The position numbers and the translations under genes are program-made. Below, piece by piece: positions 50,252 through 63,561 of a DNA stretch of 64,000 bases. Under the pieces are notes generated by a model. It did not search any database. It was not told the DNA's origin and saw nothing but the letters and a program-made list of their open reading frames with translations. The DNA is from Microthyrium microscopicum (Eukaryota): positions 11,530 to 75,529 of the forward strand of contig MU004238.1 in NCBI GenBank assembly GCA_010405405.1. Reading direction: 5' to 3'. Position 1 is the first letter of the stretch. Every line of letters begins with the position of its first letter.

Positions 50252-52414
50252 ATGGTTCGCATTTCGATGTCTTTTAGGTTTCCATTTCGTCGAAAGCGAG
50301 AGCAAAAGAGGTTTCTTCCATTTTATCTTGACGTCAACAAGAAGAGACTGCCAGGTCATTGTATACTTTGTCACAATTTTAACCCAGAAGGTCATGAGGA
50401 CTCCAGATATACCGAGCAAAGCGCTATTCTTGTAGTACATTTCAGCCCTTCAGACCTGCAAGCTGGTTGTCCATACTGCGATCTGCTTCAAAATGTGCGA
50501 CATGCGTTTGCTCCACAACCTAGAAAGCCTCTGCCTTACGAAGACTTGATGTATATACATTTGGAAACTTCACAGCCAGTGGACGTCAAAATTAGACGTA
50601 ACATGCCCGAAATTGACAAGTTTGAGATGCCCCCAGTGGCTGTTGTTAGGCTGCACCTGGAGCCGGTTCTGCAAGAGTTATCAGTGAGTGAGCCCAATCA
50701 ATGCGATGTCTCCATATCACTGACCTCATTGATGGTGTTGGAGAGCGAGCGTCTGTCGAATTATTCACCACGAGGGATTATATCTCCTAGATCAGACACT
50801 GAAGCATGTTACAGTTTCATCAAGGCTAAACTGAACGAGTGCCTTTCGTCTCATCGTATGTGCATGTCGCTTGATACAATCCAGCTTCCAGTACGATTAC
50901 TGTCTTTCGGGGAAGAACCAGACAATCAAATCAAACTTGTCACTTCAGTAGGTTCAACTAGCCAAAAGCCTTACGCAGCTCTCAGTCACTGCTGGGGCAA
51001 GCATCAGCCACTAAGAACCACCACATCCAATATCTCCCAAATGATGCAAGAAATAGAATGGTCCATACTTCCAGCCGTATTTCAGGATGCCATCAAAGTT
51101 TGTCGTCGACTGGATATTAAGCTATTATGGATCGACTCGTTGTGTATAATTCAAGACGACACGAGAGATTGGGAAGTCGAGTCTGCACAAATGGCCAATT
51201 ACTATGAACACGCAAGAATCACTATCTATGCGGCATCTTCTGTAGATAGTTCGCAGCCGTTCCTTCGAGATCGTGCCAAGCGTTGGCTGCCACGTCGCTT
51301 TGAATTGTTGGATGCTGCCAATCCCCAGTATTCGATCATTGCTCGTGAATATCCCCGATATGAGATGCCGGAAGATAGCGAGCGTCTTAATACGCGGGCC
51401 TGGGCCTGGCAGGAAGCAGTGCTATCTACCCGTATTATCGTCTATGGCCAATCGGGCATAACTTGGGTGTGCAAGTCTGGAACTACCGCTGAAGATGGTA
51501 CCACTGGACAAAGGACCGATGGGGCGAGCATGGCACTGGGAGTGCTAGGTGCTGCTGGCACACCGGGAACCTGGGAGAGCATTATTCATTCACCGGTGTT
51601 AGCGAGTGAGAATGAAGAGGATACTCAAGCTCTTGTCGAATCTTGGTGGAGGCTGATCAGAAGCTTTTCCAATCGTGCTCTAGCATATCCTACAGACAGA
51701 CTGCCGGCGATGTCAGGAGTTGCTTCCAGGATAAAGCCGAGGCTTAGCGGTGGTTATCTAGCTGGACTCTGGAGGAAGCATCTAGTCGAATCACTTTGTT
51801 GGATACGGGCACCACCAGAGGTCGATGAACTTCCCTATGCCTCTACCGAATACGTTGCACCGTCTTGGTCATGGGCTTCTATTACATCAGGTGTTTACCA
51901 TGGACCTTCAAGCATCAAAAACTTTGTGTCAAAGGTTGACATTTTAGAAGCCTCTTGTTTTGTACCTGGCCTCAATGAGCTCGGTAAAGTTAGCAGTGGT
52001 CAACTTGTGCTGAAGGGCAAAACTACCAAGATTTTTCTAACGAACAAGAATCCATTGATATGGGTGGGATATCACCTGGAAGATCGAAAGCATAGCTCGC
52101 GTAGCCAAGATGTGACTAGAGACGGAGAACTGGTTCATATAGACTGTGTTTTGACCATGATTAGTAAAAACCATCGTATATGTCGGGCACAGGACGACAA
52201 ACAAGGACGCAGACGATTATCTGGAATGATCTGCGCTTTGTTATTAGGTGAAGATTATCCTCCCAAGGAATCCGATGATGGTAAGCGAACTGAATACGTC
52301 ATGCTACTTGGTCAATCTGAGGATGAAGAGGCGTTTCATCGGCTAGGCATAGTAGCAATGAATGATGATAGGTTGTTCCAGGGCGCAAAGGAAGAACTTG
52401 TACGTATAGTCTAA
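50252..52414 (+). CDS. HET-domain protein (intact)
   Basis: YAALSHCWG, FQDAI, LWIDSLCIIQDD, WEVESAQMANYY, RAWAWQE, DRLPAMSG, YLAGLW, APSWSWAS. N-terminal CxxC pairs. A small in-frame intron near 50684 is possible. Confidence 0.92.
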   Translation: MVRISMSFRFPFRRKREQKRFLPFYLDVNKKRLPGHCILCHNFNPEGHEDSRYTEQSAILVVHFSPSDLQAGCPYCDLLQNVRHAFAPQPRKPLPYEDLMYIHLETSQPVDVKIRRNMPEIDKFEMPPVAVVRLHLEPVLQELSVSEPNQCDVSISLTSLMVLESERLSNYSPRGIISPRSDTEACYSFIKAKLNECLSSHRMCMSLDTIQLPVRLLSFGEEPDNQIKLVTSVGSTSQKPYAALSHCWGKHQPLRTTTSNISQMMQEIEWSILPAVFQDAIKVCRRLDIKLLWIDSLCIIQDDTRDWEVESAQMANYYEHARITIYAASSVDSSQPFLRDRAKRWLPRRFELLDAANPQYSIIAREYPRYEMPEDSERLNTRAWAWQEAVLSTRIIVYGQSGITWVCKSGTTAEDGTTGQRTDGASMALGVLGAAGTPGTWESIIHSPVLASENEEDTQALVESWWRLIRSFSNRALAYPTDRLPAMSGVASRIKPRLSGGYLAGLWRKHLVESLCWIRAPPEVDELPYASTEYVAPSWSWASITSGVYHGPSSIKNFVSKVDILEASCFVPGLNELGKVSSGQLVLKGKTTKIFLTNKNPLIWVGYHLEDRKHSSRSQDVTRDGELVHIDCVLTMISKNHRICRAQDDKQGRRRLSGMICALLLGEDYPPKESDDGKRTEYVMLLGQSEDEEAFHRLGIVAMNDDRLFQGAKEELVRIV

Positions 52415-53507
52415 TTTAGATCCCGGCTTGAAGCAGGTGATATTATGAGCCGGTGCAGACCGCAGACGAATATTATATAAATGCTCACCCATGCCTTAGA
52501 AAGATTTAGTTAACTAATGGGGTGGTTCGAGGCAAGCAGTCACGAACAAACACCAATCTTGGGAACAATTGACATTTCAAAACTATATAGCATACTCTAC
52601 GCCATGACAACGCACCATTCATGACATGGAGTTTCTTGTTTTGACCCAAGTTCTTTTCTAGTTGTTTTTATGCATTGGACACTTCGTGCTGCGAGGCACA
52701 GATGAGCAATGGTGGTGGTTTGCATTTCCTCGTTTTCTGTCGCTCCCTTGACCACTTTATCTAGTGCTCAGGCCACTGTCCATGTATTGTGATTCATGGA
52801 TTGAGCTCGCGCGTAGTGAATATAGTAGTGGTCAAAGTGAGCAAGGCATCCAAGTGCAGACGCTTGGAAGTGGAGGTCAAGCTGTGGTGAGGTGAGTGGT
52901 AATATACAGTGGGTAAGTCGGGGGGAACACCGGGCCTCATGTGCGTAGTTAAACTGTCGGGCATTGATTGTGGTAGTTGTCAGAGAGAGTTGTGAGGAAG
53001 TTCTGTGGTGGAAACGTGGTAAGAGAGGAAGTGAGGTAGAGGCAAAGCATTTGCTCCAGATCGACATATAGAGTCGAGAGTTGGTTAGGAATGCTGGGTG
53101 TGGCATGGTAAGAGAGAGCGTGGGTGTGTAAGTGTTGATGACAGTAACGGTGATGATCATCCAGTCTTTTGCCATCCAGAGAATATCGTACAGTCAAACC
53201 GTGAAGGTGCTCCGTTTGTGAGTGAAGTCCTCTATAACGAGTTCAGGGAAAAGGTAGAAGGCTTTCCATTCGTCAAAAAGTATGTCCCTCATTCCTCGCT
53301 CGTGAATCATTATGAAGACGATAATGAGCCGTGGTAGAATAAGCGTGATATCAAACAAGATTAATGATAGCCGCAGTCCAATAGACCCCGGGATATAGTT
53401 GCCGCAAAGATAACATACCCCGATGGTACGATGAAGAGAGACCAAAGATATTCCCAAAACGCCAAAAGACAAGAATAACACCAAACCATTATGCAGGAAT
53501 GGTTTGG

Positions 53508-55077
53508 TTATGTTGGTGGTGGACCGCGCGGTTGGCGTTGAGCGTATCCGTTTTGGTTTTGACCACCTTGACGTTGTTGATATTGACCTTCTCGACCACC
53601 ACGACCACCACGGCCTCCACGGTGAGAACGATGTTGATGATGAGACCCTTGAGGAACCATATCTTGTTGGGCAGTAGCTGATGAGATGGGACGAGGAATG
53701 TTTTCGGGAGACTCATAGACATAAAGCTTCTTCTCAATGGTCGATGGAATTGGCTGAATTTCCGTTCCCAGTTCAGTCTCTATTTTGTAGAGATTATGAC
53801 GATCTTCCCAATTGATGAGGTTTATGGCTAGACCAAGATGACCGAAACGACCCGATCGACCAATGCGATGCAAGTAGGTCTCTGCGTTCTTGGGGAAATC
53901 AAAGTTTATCACAACATTTACAGCCTGGATATCAATACCACGGGTGAGAAGATCAGAGCAGACAAGATTTCGACATGCGCCATTACGGAAATCGTGGAAA
54001 ACACGATTTCTCGATTGTTGCATCATACGAGCGTGCGAATAATAGCACGAGTATCCAAGCTCGGTGATTTTCTTTGCTAAAAGCTCAACACGATTGGTCG
54101 AGTTGCAAAAAATGATAGACTGGTTGATTTGTAGTTTGTTGAAGAGGGTGTTCAAACAATGGACCTTTTGCTTTTCTTCAACAAAGGCGTAATACTGCGT
54201 AATACCGCGAAGGGTGAGTTCATCCATAAGGTTGATTTCATATGGATCGTTCATGTGTTTGTCTTTGAAGCTTTTGACGATAAGAGGAAAGGTTGCACTG
54301 AAAAGCATAACCTGTCGATCTTTGGGATGGAAGGCGAGTAGTTGTTCCACAACGGGTGTAAATTCTGGAGAGAGAAGCTTATCAGCTTCATCCATGACGA
54401 AAGTCTGGCATGTTGAAAGATCGGCGACCCCCTTGGACGCCAAATCCAGAATACGGCCAGGCGTTCCAACTATGATATGCACCGAGTCTTGCAATCTTAG
54501 AATGTCATCTTTGAGGCCAGTACCACCAGTGCTGACCATGACGTTGAGATTGAGATGTTTTCCGAGAGTTTTACAAACTTGCGATGTCTGTAGCGCAAGT
54601 TCACGAGTTGGTACCAATATCAAAGCTTGGACCTTGTTCACTTTGGGGTTCAGTTGTTGGAGAGTTGGGATAACGTAGGCGGCGGTTTTTCCAGTACCAT
54701 TCTTGGCGCGTGCTAAAATATCGCGCTTGGTGAGAGCGACTGGTATGGCTTCTTCCTGGATCGGGGAGGGTTTTTCGAAACCAGCTTCAAATATTCCTTG
54801 GAGGAGTTCGCGGGAGAGGTAAAATTCTTCGAATTCGAGGCCTTTGGTTGCTGTTACATCCTTTGAGTCTTGTAAGTGTTATGAAATAGGAAAAGGTTAA
54901 TTGAATTATTCATACTTCGGTCTGAGGTCTGCTGTCTCGTGGAGGAGCTTGAAATGCGGGTTGTTGGTTGGCAGCCGGTTTTTCCCTTGTCTAGTCAACA
55001 TTTGCGCGATTCATTATTTTGAGATACACGTACCCAAGCCGCACATTCTGCATTTGGCTTGCGAGATCAGTCGCCAT
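53508..55077 (-). CDS. DHH1: DEAD-box RNA helicase Dhh1/DDX6
   Basis: [48 protein letters not shown]. Two 5' introns. RGG/Q-rich tail. Confidence 0.97.
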
Positions 55078-56321
55078 GGTGCTTAGTTGATTGGTGGTGT
55101 GGTAGTGGTTGAAGGATTCAAGTTGGAGTGTCAATGTTTTGAGGGGTTGTGCGTGATTCCAAGTGTGCACTGCGCGCGGCAGGCAACGACGCAGAAGGCA
55201 CCGGATAGGCCTTTCACAGGTGGAGGCCTAGTAGGATAGAAGAAGATGTACTTTGCTCGCGCAGAGCAAGTAGTATTTGGTTGCAAAGTAGAGTGTTTGC
55301 AAAGGTCGAGGTAGAGGAGGGGTCCCGAGTATTCTTGTGTTTGCGATGGGGAGATGGGGAGATGGTTAGAGTGGATATACTGCGGACAGAGCGACAAAGT
55401 ATCAGACAGAGAGAGGTTTTGCGATTCGAATTGAGAATGTAGGCAGAATTTGATTGTGTTGGAGTTGTTGGAGAGCTATTCAATGGTTCAATTGCAGAAT
55501 TAAGGAGGCGTTGGTGTGCAGATGGACGACGTGAGGTTGGCGACCTGCGGGCCGGCCAATCGCCGTTCTTCGGCTTCATCCAAGACATCGGTCTGGATTC
55601 TGGAGCTTGAGCTCTTCCTCTGCTCCTAACAGGTATCTGCACTTACTGTATTTATTTCTCGGAATAGAGTACGTCGCCCAAATTCGCAGTAAAATGTGAG
55701 AAGTTGAAGAGTGCCATCAATTCTCATGTTTAGGAGACACCCGCATGTTTGATGCAGTCCGCGTCCTCTGTCCAGACTCCAGCATTTGCAGCTAAACCTT
55801 CAAAAAGAACACAGGTGAAATTAAATTACGCTTTTAGAAGTAGCAGAGCATCCACACGCTTTGGCGCATATAGTAGAACCTTTGGCTGCAAGTTGTAACT
55901 TGCGATTATACCACTACATATTTGTATGCTTCATTGAAAAAATACATGTCCCCGAAATACCGAAAAAGCTAAATGCCGAAGTACCGATTAATGCCTGCAG
56001 ATTCCATGTGGCGTACCTTCCCTGATGTTTTAGCGCCACATGTCATCAATCAATCCATCGACCAAACGATTACCATCAAGCACTGAGCTGCGAGCTGTCC
56101 TCAACACCAAGCAACCACCAACCACCAACTCACCTTCAACTCACCTTCACCTCACTTGCAACAGCTCAGCTTTTCCTGATAGCTTCACTCTGTTGTCAAT
56201 CTCATTCCCTCGCCATACAATGTCCGACCCGTGAATCTTCCTCCTTTTGCCTTTGTCTATCCATTCTGGCCTTAAGGGCAATCGTTGAACCACTTGCCAC
56301 CATAGTATCTAGACCGCTAAC

Positions 56322-59034
56322 ATGCGCCGGCGGACTTCTTATGCTCTAGTAAGCTCCCTAACAGCTATCTGTTCCAACTTATCGCTGACATGTCAATTCA
56401 GGGCTCTACGGCTTTGGCCGCAGTCGTTACAGCATATGCCTTCTTCGAACGTCCCAATTTCTATTCCGCTGCCGTATATCTTTCCCAGAGCAGCGCCTGT
56501 CTTATAATACTTTGTAATCTAGCATTCGTATACTTTATTGGAATCACCTATGCCCTCCAGCGACTTCTATTCGGTCCTCTTCGCCCCATCGAAATCGAAC
56601 AACTTTACGAGCGAGGATGGATTGCTGCAACCGAGTGGCTCTTTGCTCTCTCAGTCTTCAGAGTAGACTTTGGTGTCGCATATATGGCTACTTTCGTTTT
56701 ACTCTTCGCTAGTAAAGTCTGGGGCTGGATGGTTCATGGTCGACTTGATATTCTGGAACAACAACCTCCAGCGAACGCACGAAAATTCCATGCTCGTCTT
56801 GTGACTGCAACAACCATTAATCTTCTTCTTCCTCTATGGATGGCCAACTATTGTTTCGATGAGGCGGTGTATGGACAGAAAGCGGGCATCATGACTATGT
56901 TTACCTTTGAATTCGGTATTCTCGTTATTGGAGCCATCTCTACCACCTTGAAATACGGATTCTGGTATTACGAACATCGCGTTACTCAGCAGCAAAAGAA
57001 AGAACACTTTGATCGACTTCGTAGCGAGGCAGAAGCTGCAGGCGATCCACCACCATCTGAAGAAGATGTTGACGTCCACGATCTCGATCTTCCTGGTTGG
57101 GAAAACAAGAGCTCTTTCCAATTCACTCTTGATATTACCACAGGTATGTAGATTGTCTCTTTGTCTGAACATTGACTGATTGTTTAGATTTCCTCAAACT
57201 GGTTGCATACATAACATTCTTTACCGTTTTGACCTATCTCTACGGTTTGCCCATCTACATAGTACGAGATCTGTACATGACCACCCGATCATTCTTCACG
57301 CGCGTCAACGATTACCGACAATATCGTAATGCTACTCGTAACATGAATGCTCAGTACCCAGATGCGACCGCGGAAAATCTAGAACCGGAAAATACATGTA
57401 TTGTATGCAGAGACGATATGAAGCCTTGGATAGGTACTCTCCCGCAAGAAGAGCAAGAAGCTCAGCGAAATTCCGGCAACTACTCCACGACAGAACGGAA
57501 TCGGCCAAAGAGACTACCTTGCGGTCATACTCTTCACTTTTCGTGTCTTCGAAACTGGCTTGAAAGACAACAATCATGCCCCACTTGTCGCAGAAGTGTT
57601 CTTCGCCCTGCAACTGTACCAAATACCAATAACGAGCCTCCTGCAGCTAACGGTGCTGCGAGAGCGCCTGATGTACCTGGCCAAGCTCCACAAGCTTTTC
57701 CTCGAGGTCCACAAGCTTTTCCTCAAGGTCCACTATTCCCACCAGCAGCACGTCCTCGACCACAGCCACGTGCACCCCGGAGAGTAGGGTGGACTTTCAG
57801 GTTGGGGCCGTTGCGTCTGTTTATGGGACGACTTGCTAACGATCCTCGTCCCGATAATGCTCAGCCAGGTGACGGCCATCATCATGACCATCATGCTGAG
57901 CAAGGACAGCCAGACCATAATCATAACCAAGATATGCAAGCGCTCGGCCCACAGCAACTATTCATCCATGGTAATGAGCAACCTCGGCCAGCAGGCCAGG
58001 ACAACAATCAACCCCCTGGCCTGTCAGTTCTTGCATCACAATTACAAACCAGCTCGCTACAAACACATCTATCAGTCATCGAGCAAACTATCCAGAGACA
58101 GATTCAGCAAATGCAACTAAGTCAGCAACGCGTACAGGTGATAAATTGGCTTCTTGCAGAGTCAAATCGTCTCCATCAAGAAGCTCACGCTCTTGATAGA
58201 ACGCCTCTACCATTCGCTACCATTCAACCGACTCAAATGATACCTAGCTCCTCAGCAGGCCCGTCAACAGGCGAGCCAGTGGTTGACAATATTGGCCACG
58301 AAATCTTCACTCTGCCAGACGGTTGGAGTGTTGTTCCACTTCACATGCCCAGCGCCAACAACAACGAGCCCGCACAAGCAGGACCAAGCTCCGAACCTGG
58401 CGCGCCATCAGGCGAAGCCAGCTCTTCCTCTGCGCCAAATGCAGACAGTTCAAATCGCCAAGTCCCACCGATTGCTGGCCCTTCAACACAATCCGCCCCC
58501 CTCGCTGTTCAAGTCAACGTCGATTTCATCAATGGCGGCCCTCTTGCAGACATTCTACGTCAACATGCCGCTCAAATCAATCCAACTCCGACTCCCACCA
58601 CTACCAATCCCACGGTACCCAACCAAACACCTGGTCAACAATCATCACAACCAGCTCCTCTAGCAAACGGCTCCGCGCCAGTCTCAACACCAACCACTAA
58701 TTCAGCCACACCTTCAGCTCCAGAACCTCCGTCCTCTGCATTACCAGTCCAGCCACAAGCGACAGATCCAGTTCAAGTAGCAGGCGCGGACATGATTGCC
58801 AATATCGAGCGCGCGACAGGCGGAACTGTAGTCAACCTTGGTGGTGATTCAGCTTGGAGTTTTGGTGACGCTGTTCCTGCTACACCACAACAACCTCAGA
58901 CTCAGCAATCGCAGGTCGGAGAGACTAGTGGATCGCACACAGAGACCTCGGAAACCGCAGAGGGAGGAGAGGGGGAACGGAGAAGTAGACAACCGACAGT
59001 TGAGGATGTGCCGCCTAGTGAAGAGGTCGATTGA
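56322..59034 (+). CDS. HRD1: ERAD E3 ubiquitin ligase Hrd1/synoviolin
   Basis: RPNFYSAAVYL, FGPLRPIEIEQLYE, multi-TM N-terminus, RING-H2 CIVCR...LPCGHTLHFSCLRNWLERQQSCPTCR. Introns 56349-56401 and 57144-57188. Confidence 0.95.
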
Positions 59035-59462
59035 TTGATGCATTCTACGATGTCGGGGGATTGTAGGATAGGTTCAGGCAAAAGGGGATATTGGGCATGC
59101 GTATTGCATAGCGATGGCGTTAACTAGCTGTAGTGTATGATAAGATACAATACAAAAACTGTATTGTTCACTTCATTCATTGGTGCAAGCAAGGGAAAAA
59201 TAATAGCACAACCTCTAAAGGCCACGCAAATCATTTCACTATACTTTTAGCGTCAGCCAAAGCCTTGAAGGTCTTGCATAGACCTGCATGCAGGGCGTCG
59301 GGCGAGACTGGCTTGTTCGGGACTTGTTGATGGTCTCGTTGTTACCATGACATAGTATACAAATAGTTCTGTACGCTAACATGATACATGGACATCTAAT
59401 AACCAAATAGACAAAATTGGTTCCATGTCCACCACATTCAAGCATGCCAACGACTAATCATT

Positions 59463-60570
59463 TCAGTGTTCCTTTGCAGGATTGACATCTGCATCCGCCT
59501 TCTCAAGGTCAACAGTCAGATTCCAATCAATGATACCCTCCGCACCATATTTGGTCTCCAACCACTCATTCGTCTTCTTGAAATGGCCGTTATCAAGCTG
59601 AGCGGAATCGTTAGCATTTCATTCCTCACGATAAGACGGTTGGTGAAAACTTACAAAGCCATTTCTGGCACTAAACGGACTCGGATGCGCACTCTGCAGC
59701 ACATAATGCTTCGCCTTGTCAATTCCCTTCATTCTGTCCTGCGCATGCTTTCCCCACGCCAGAAACACAACTCCCCCTCGTCGCTCCTTATTCACCACGT
59801 CAATGACCTTCTGCGTCAAGCGTTCCCATCCTTTGCCTGAGTGACTAGCAGGCTTGTGTGCTTCTACTGTCAAACTCGTGTTTAGCATGAGAACTCCGCG
59901 CTCCGCCCAAGGTGTAAGCAGACCGGACTTGTTAGGTGGTGGCACAAAGTCAGGATAGTCGTTGGTAAGGGATTTATAGATGTTGCCGAGAGAGGGGGGT
60001 GCGGGGGTCGGTGGGCGGACGGAGAAGCAGAGGCCGTGGGCTTGGTTTTGGTTGTGGTAAGGATCTTGGCCTATAATTACGACTTTTACTTTGTCGAGGG
60101 GCGTTAGGCGAGACCTGTGTGGTACTATTAGCATCTAAGATATGGGTTCTGGGAATGGTGATAGGTACCAGGAGTAGACATCTGCACTTGGTGGGAAGAC
60201 TTTCTTGCCGGAGAGGACTTCTTTCTTGAGGAAGCGCTTCAGGTCAAGAAACTGAGTGGTTACTAGCTCATCTTTTAGATGGGCGAGCCAACTTTCGTCG
60301 AGTGTGTTGATTTCGAGAGTGAGGAGTTGTTTTTGCTCTTCGGTCAATGTCTTGACCCAGTCATCTTTGTTGAATTCGGCTGCTGCTATGGATGCCTTGG
60401 TCTTGGGAATGACTTTGGGAGCTCCGAAGAAATGTGTGATGCTTCTAGTTGTTCTTGATTAGTCCAATTGGCGAGATATTTTAGTGCATTATGACATACG
60501 AGTTAGCTCCAGCTTTGGCCTTTTTGGCCTCAGAAGTAACAGCGTCAGCTGCTTTGCGCTTCAAACTCAT
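59463..60570 (-). CDS. UNG1: Uracil-DNA glycosylase
   Basis: [33 protein letters not shown]-terminal PIP-like SITHFF. Three introns. Confidence 0.96.
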
Positions 60571-60733
60571 GGTCAAAGTAGCGACAAGAACGATTGGAGA
60601 GGGTTTTCGGGGTCGTAAATGAAGGACGAGGGAAGTTCTCATCAAGGTTTGTACTCGAAAAAGAGGTGAGTGTATGATGCGGCCCCCAATGACTCCAGGC
60701 TGAAATCTAGAGGCTGAGACATCGAGATTGAAA

Positions 60734-60773
60734 ACGCGCTTCTACGCGTGTTACCTCGCGAGAACGCACGCGT
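60734..60773. promoter_or_regulatory. Cluster of MCB (MluI cell-cycle box) elements upstream of UNG1
   Basis: ACGCGT at 60744 and 60768, ACGCG at 60734, TCGCGA at 60756; all 165-205 bp upstream of the UNG1 ATG. Confidence 0.7.
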
Positions 60774-61255
60774 CATCACGTGTTTTGTGTTGCACCTGGC
60801 GTATTTGGCATTGACCAGTTCATCCGGTGAGTTTTCATCTTCGGCATCCTATTTTCGACTACTTGCGGGCACAGGAATTGAGGATGGGGGAGTTCTGTTT
60901 TGGTTGTGCGGAGTGTCACTCCAGAGTTGGAAAGGGTCTCGAGAATGAGATCCTAGTCCACTCAATGTACGAAGTCATAGTCTTGACTCAATCAATTGTT
61001 GAATCTCCATGAAGTGCGCATTGGATCGATTAAAACAATTTCGGGAAGTAGAGCTATGCTTTATCATGAGAGACGATGGATGATATATGCCGTTTTGATA
61101 AAGGCACGTCATGTTTTTGCCCCCCGGTTGATGCCTTGTTGATCCAATGCTACTCTGTGGAGGAGGAAGTACATGCACTCCTCTCTTCACGTTGCTAACT
61201 ATCGTTTTGTAAAGCACTAAGTTGATGTCTGCAACTGCAGTATCGTAATGAAATT

Positions 61256-62995
61256 ATGGACGAAAAAGCATTGCTCCAACCAGAGCCGCATCGAACAAGC
61301 TGGAGTACTCGAATCTCCCCGCTTCGCAAACCTTGGATAGCAGGAATCTGTGTTACTTTCGCCTTTTTATTATGGATACAACAGCATCCTTTACCATCAC
61401 TCCACCACGGAAAGCCTTGTCATAACCGACAGATAAAATACGCCGGCGAAAGCATTCACTGGAAGTTCTGCGGAGACCTTAAAGGCCGACCACTAGAATG
61501 TACCAACCTCACCGTCCCCCTCGACCAATTCAACTCCACAAACTCGGCCAACAGAACATTCAGCATCCCCCTAATCCGGCTCCGCGGTAAAAATGCCACT
61601 GAAAACCTCCTGCTCAACCCTGGCGGACCAGGCGGCTCCGGCGAAGATTTCCTCTATCGACGCGGTCTCCAAATCAACACCATCGTCGGCGAAGGCTTCC
61701 ATCTCCTCTCCTTCGATCCCCGTGGTGTCAATGGCTCCAGGCCCCTAGCATCTTGTTACCCGACCCAAGAGGCTCGGCGTCAACTGTCACCAGTGCGGGA
61801 AAGTAGGGTCGAGGACAGCGCAGAAGTCTATGCGTGGGCGCAGAATTATGGCAAAGCATGTAAAGATACTACAGGCGAGCATGGCGCGTACATCAACACG
61901 CCGCAAACGGCAGCGGATATGAATAGTATTCTTGATGCGGTGGGACAGAAAGATTTGGTGTATTGGGGCTTCAGCTATGGCACATTATTGGGACAGACAT
62001 ATGCTAGTCTATTTCCTGAGCGAAGTAGACGGGTTATTATTGACGGTGTGGTGAATCAGTTCGATTGGTATGAGAATGTTTTCGATGCCGAGTCATTGGA
62101 GGACACTGATGCTGTGTTTGGTGGATTCCTGGATGAATGCATCAAGGCTGGGAAAAACTGCAGTCTGTCGGCTCTTGGGAAAACAAAAGATGAACTCTGG
62201 CATAAGATACTAAAGCGCGCCGATGAGCTATCTGAGCAGCCTTTGAGCGTATACGTCAACAGTACCGTCTACGGATCACTGGATTACGAAGACATAATCT
62301 ACAAAGCCATCTTTCCGAGCTTATACAAGCCAGCCAACTGGTACGACCTCGCCGACCGCCTCACAAAGTTCCTGAACGGCAATGCCACCGACTTATTGGT
62401 AGCTCACACTATGAGTGACACCTGGGATTTTGTCGGCGACTCAGTCAGCTTCGTGCTAATCAATGACGGTCTATCCGGTCCAAAATACTGGCCAAGCAGC
62501 CGCAAAGACATGATCACCAAGACAACGCCCTGGCTAAATCAAAGCCTTTTCAGCATGATGAGTTATGGCACATATTACCGCAAACAAGCCTGGGCGATAC
62601 CAAAGACACACACCTTCGTTCCCAAAAAGAACGTGAAGACGGTACATCCTTTACTAATCCTATCAACAACATACGATCCAGTTTGCCCATTGGTCTCAGC
62701 CCATGCAGCAAATAGAGCATTTGAGGGATCTAAGATTGTTGAGCTCAAAAGCTATGGACATTGCACAGTATCTATGCCATCTGAGTGCGTTGCGAAACAT
62801 GTGAGGAAGTTTCTATATAATGGGACGTTGCCGGATAGTCATACGACTTGTGAGGTCGATGGGGCATATTTTGTGAAGCCGGAGGAGGATGGGAAGCTTG
62901 TTGCGATGAAAGAGTTTGATGATGTGGAGGATCAAAGGCTTCATTTGGCGCAGGTTGAGATTGCGAGGGATAGGAGTTGGCCTTATAGATACTAG
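61256..62995 (+). CDS. Alpha/beta-hydrolase, tripeptidyl-aminopeptidase-like (peptidase S33/TAP-like), with an N-terminal TM anchor
   Basis: NPGGPGGSG, FDPRGV, WGFSYGT (nucleophile), IIDGVV, YDPVCP, GHC. Intronless, 579 aa. Confidence 0.92.
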   Translation: MDEKALLQPEPHRTSWSTRISPLRKPWIAGICVTFAFLLWIQQHPLPSLHHGKPCHNRQIKYAGESIHWKFCGDLKGRPLECTNLTVPLDQFNSTNSANRTFSIPLIRLRGKNATENLLLNPGGPGGSGEDFLYRRGLQINTIVGEGFHLLSFDPRGVNGSRPLASCYPTQEARRQLSPVRESRVEDSAEVYAWAQNYGKACKDTTGEHGAYINTPQTAADMNSILDAVGQKDLVYWGFSYGTLLGQTYASLFPERSRRVIIDGVVNQFDWYENVFDAESLEDTDAVFGGFLDECIKAGKNCSLSALGKTKDELWHKILKRADELSEQPLSVYVNSTVYGSLDYEDIIYKAIFPSLYKPANWYDLADRLTKFLNGNATDLLVAHTMSDTWDFVGDSVSFVLINDGLSGPKYWPSSRKDMITKTTPWLNQSLFSMMSYGTYYRKQAWAIPKTHTFVPKKNVKTVHPLLILSTTYDPVCPLVSAHAANRAFEGSKIVELKSYGHCTVSMPSECVAKHVRKFLYNGTLPDSHTTCEVDGAYFVKPEEDGKLVAMKEFDDVEDQRLHLAQVEIARDRSWPYRY

Positions 62996-63561
62996 TAGTT
63001 GAGAAGTGATATACAAGGCACTGTGGGTGGTTTCTCTCACAAAAATAGTACATGCATTTATGAAGATGGAGTTATGGACATTCCAAAATGCACCATTTCA
63101 GTCAATTAATGTTTTCATGAGCATAATGCTCGAAGAAGTAGATAGTCTCAAAATGAAGCATGGCTCTTCTTGATTCTCAATAAGAAGCTTCAAATAGTTT
63201 GTGCAATTGTCCGTCGGTCCATTCTTTTATCGAGCGTGCTACCAAGAGATGTAGTAACAGGAGCCGAGCGTGGCATCCATGTGCGACATGTGGAAGGAGC
63301 TGAATCGACCACGAGACTGTTCGGAAGGAACTTCCCGCCATTTCGGTCCCAGCCTTTTCGTCAATTCTGCAGCTAAATGATAATGCGAAATCGAGGCGCA
63401 TCAGCTGTGAATGTATAGGTTACGAAATCGACTAAGAGGCAATGCGGAGTCGATTGTTCGTGATATCTATTTCCGCTCATGTAAAATATATTCATATGCC
63501 TCAAAAATGAAGTGATGACTTCAAATTACTCAAATTGTCAAATTCTCAATAGGTACAACTA

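Noticed and set aside
52768..53484. ORFs downstream of DHH1
   Set aside because: Low-complexity sequence consistent with a long 3' UTR or intergenic DNA.
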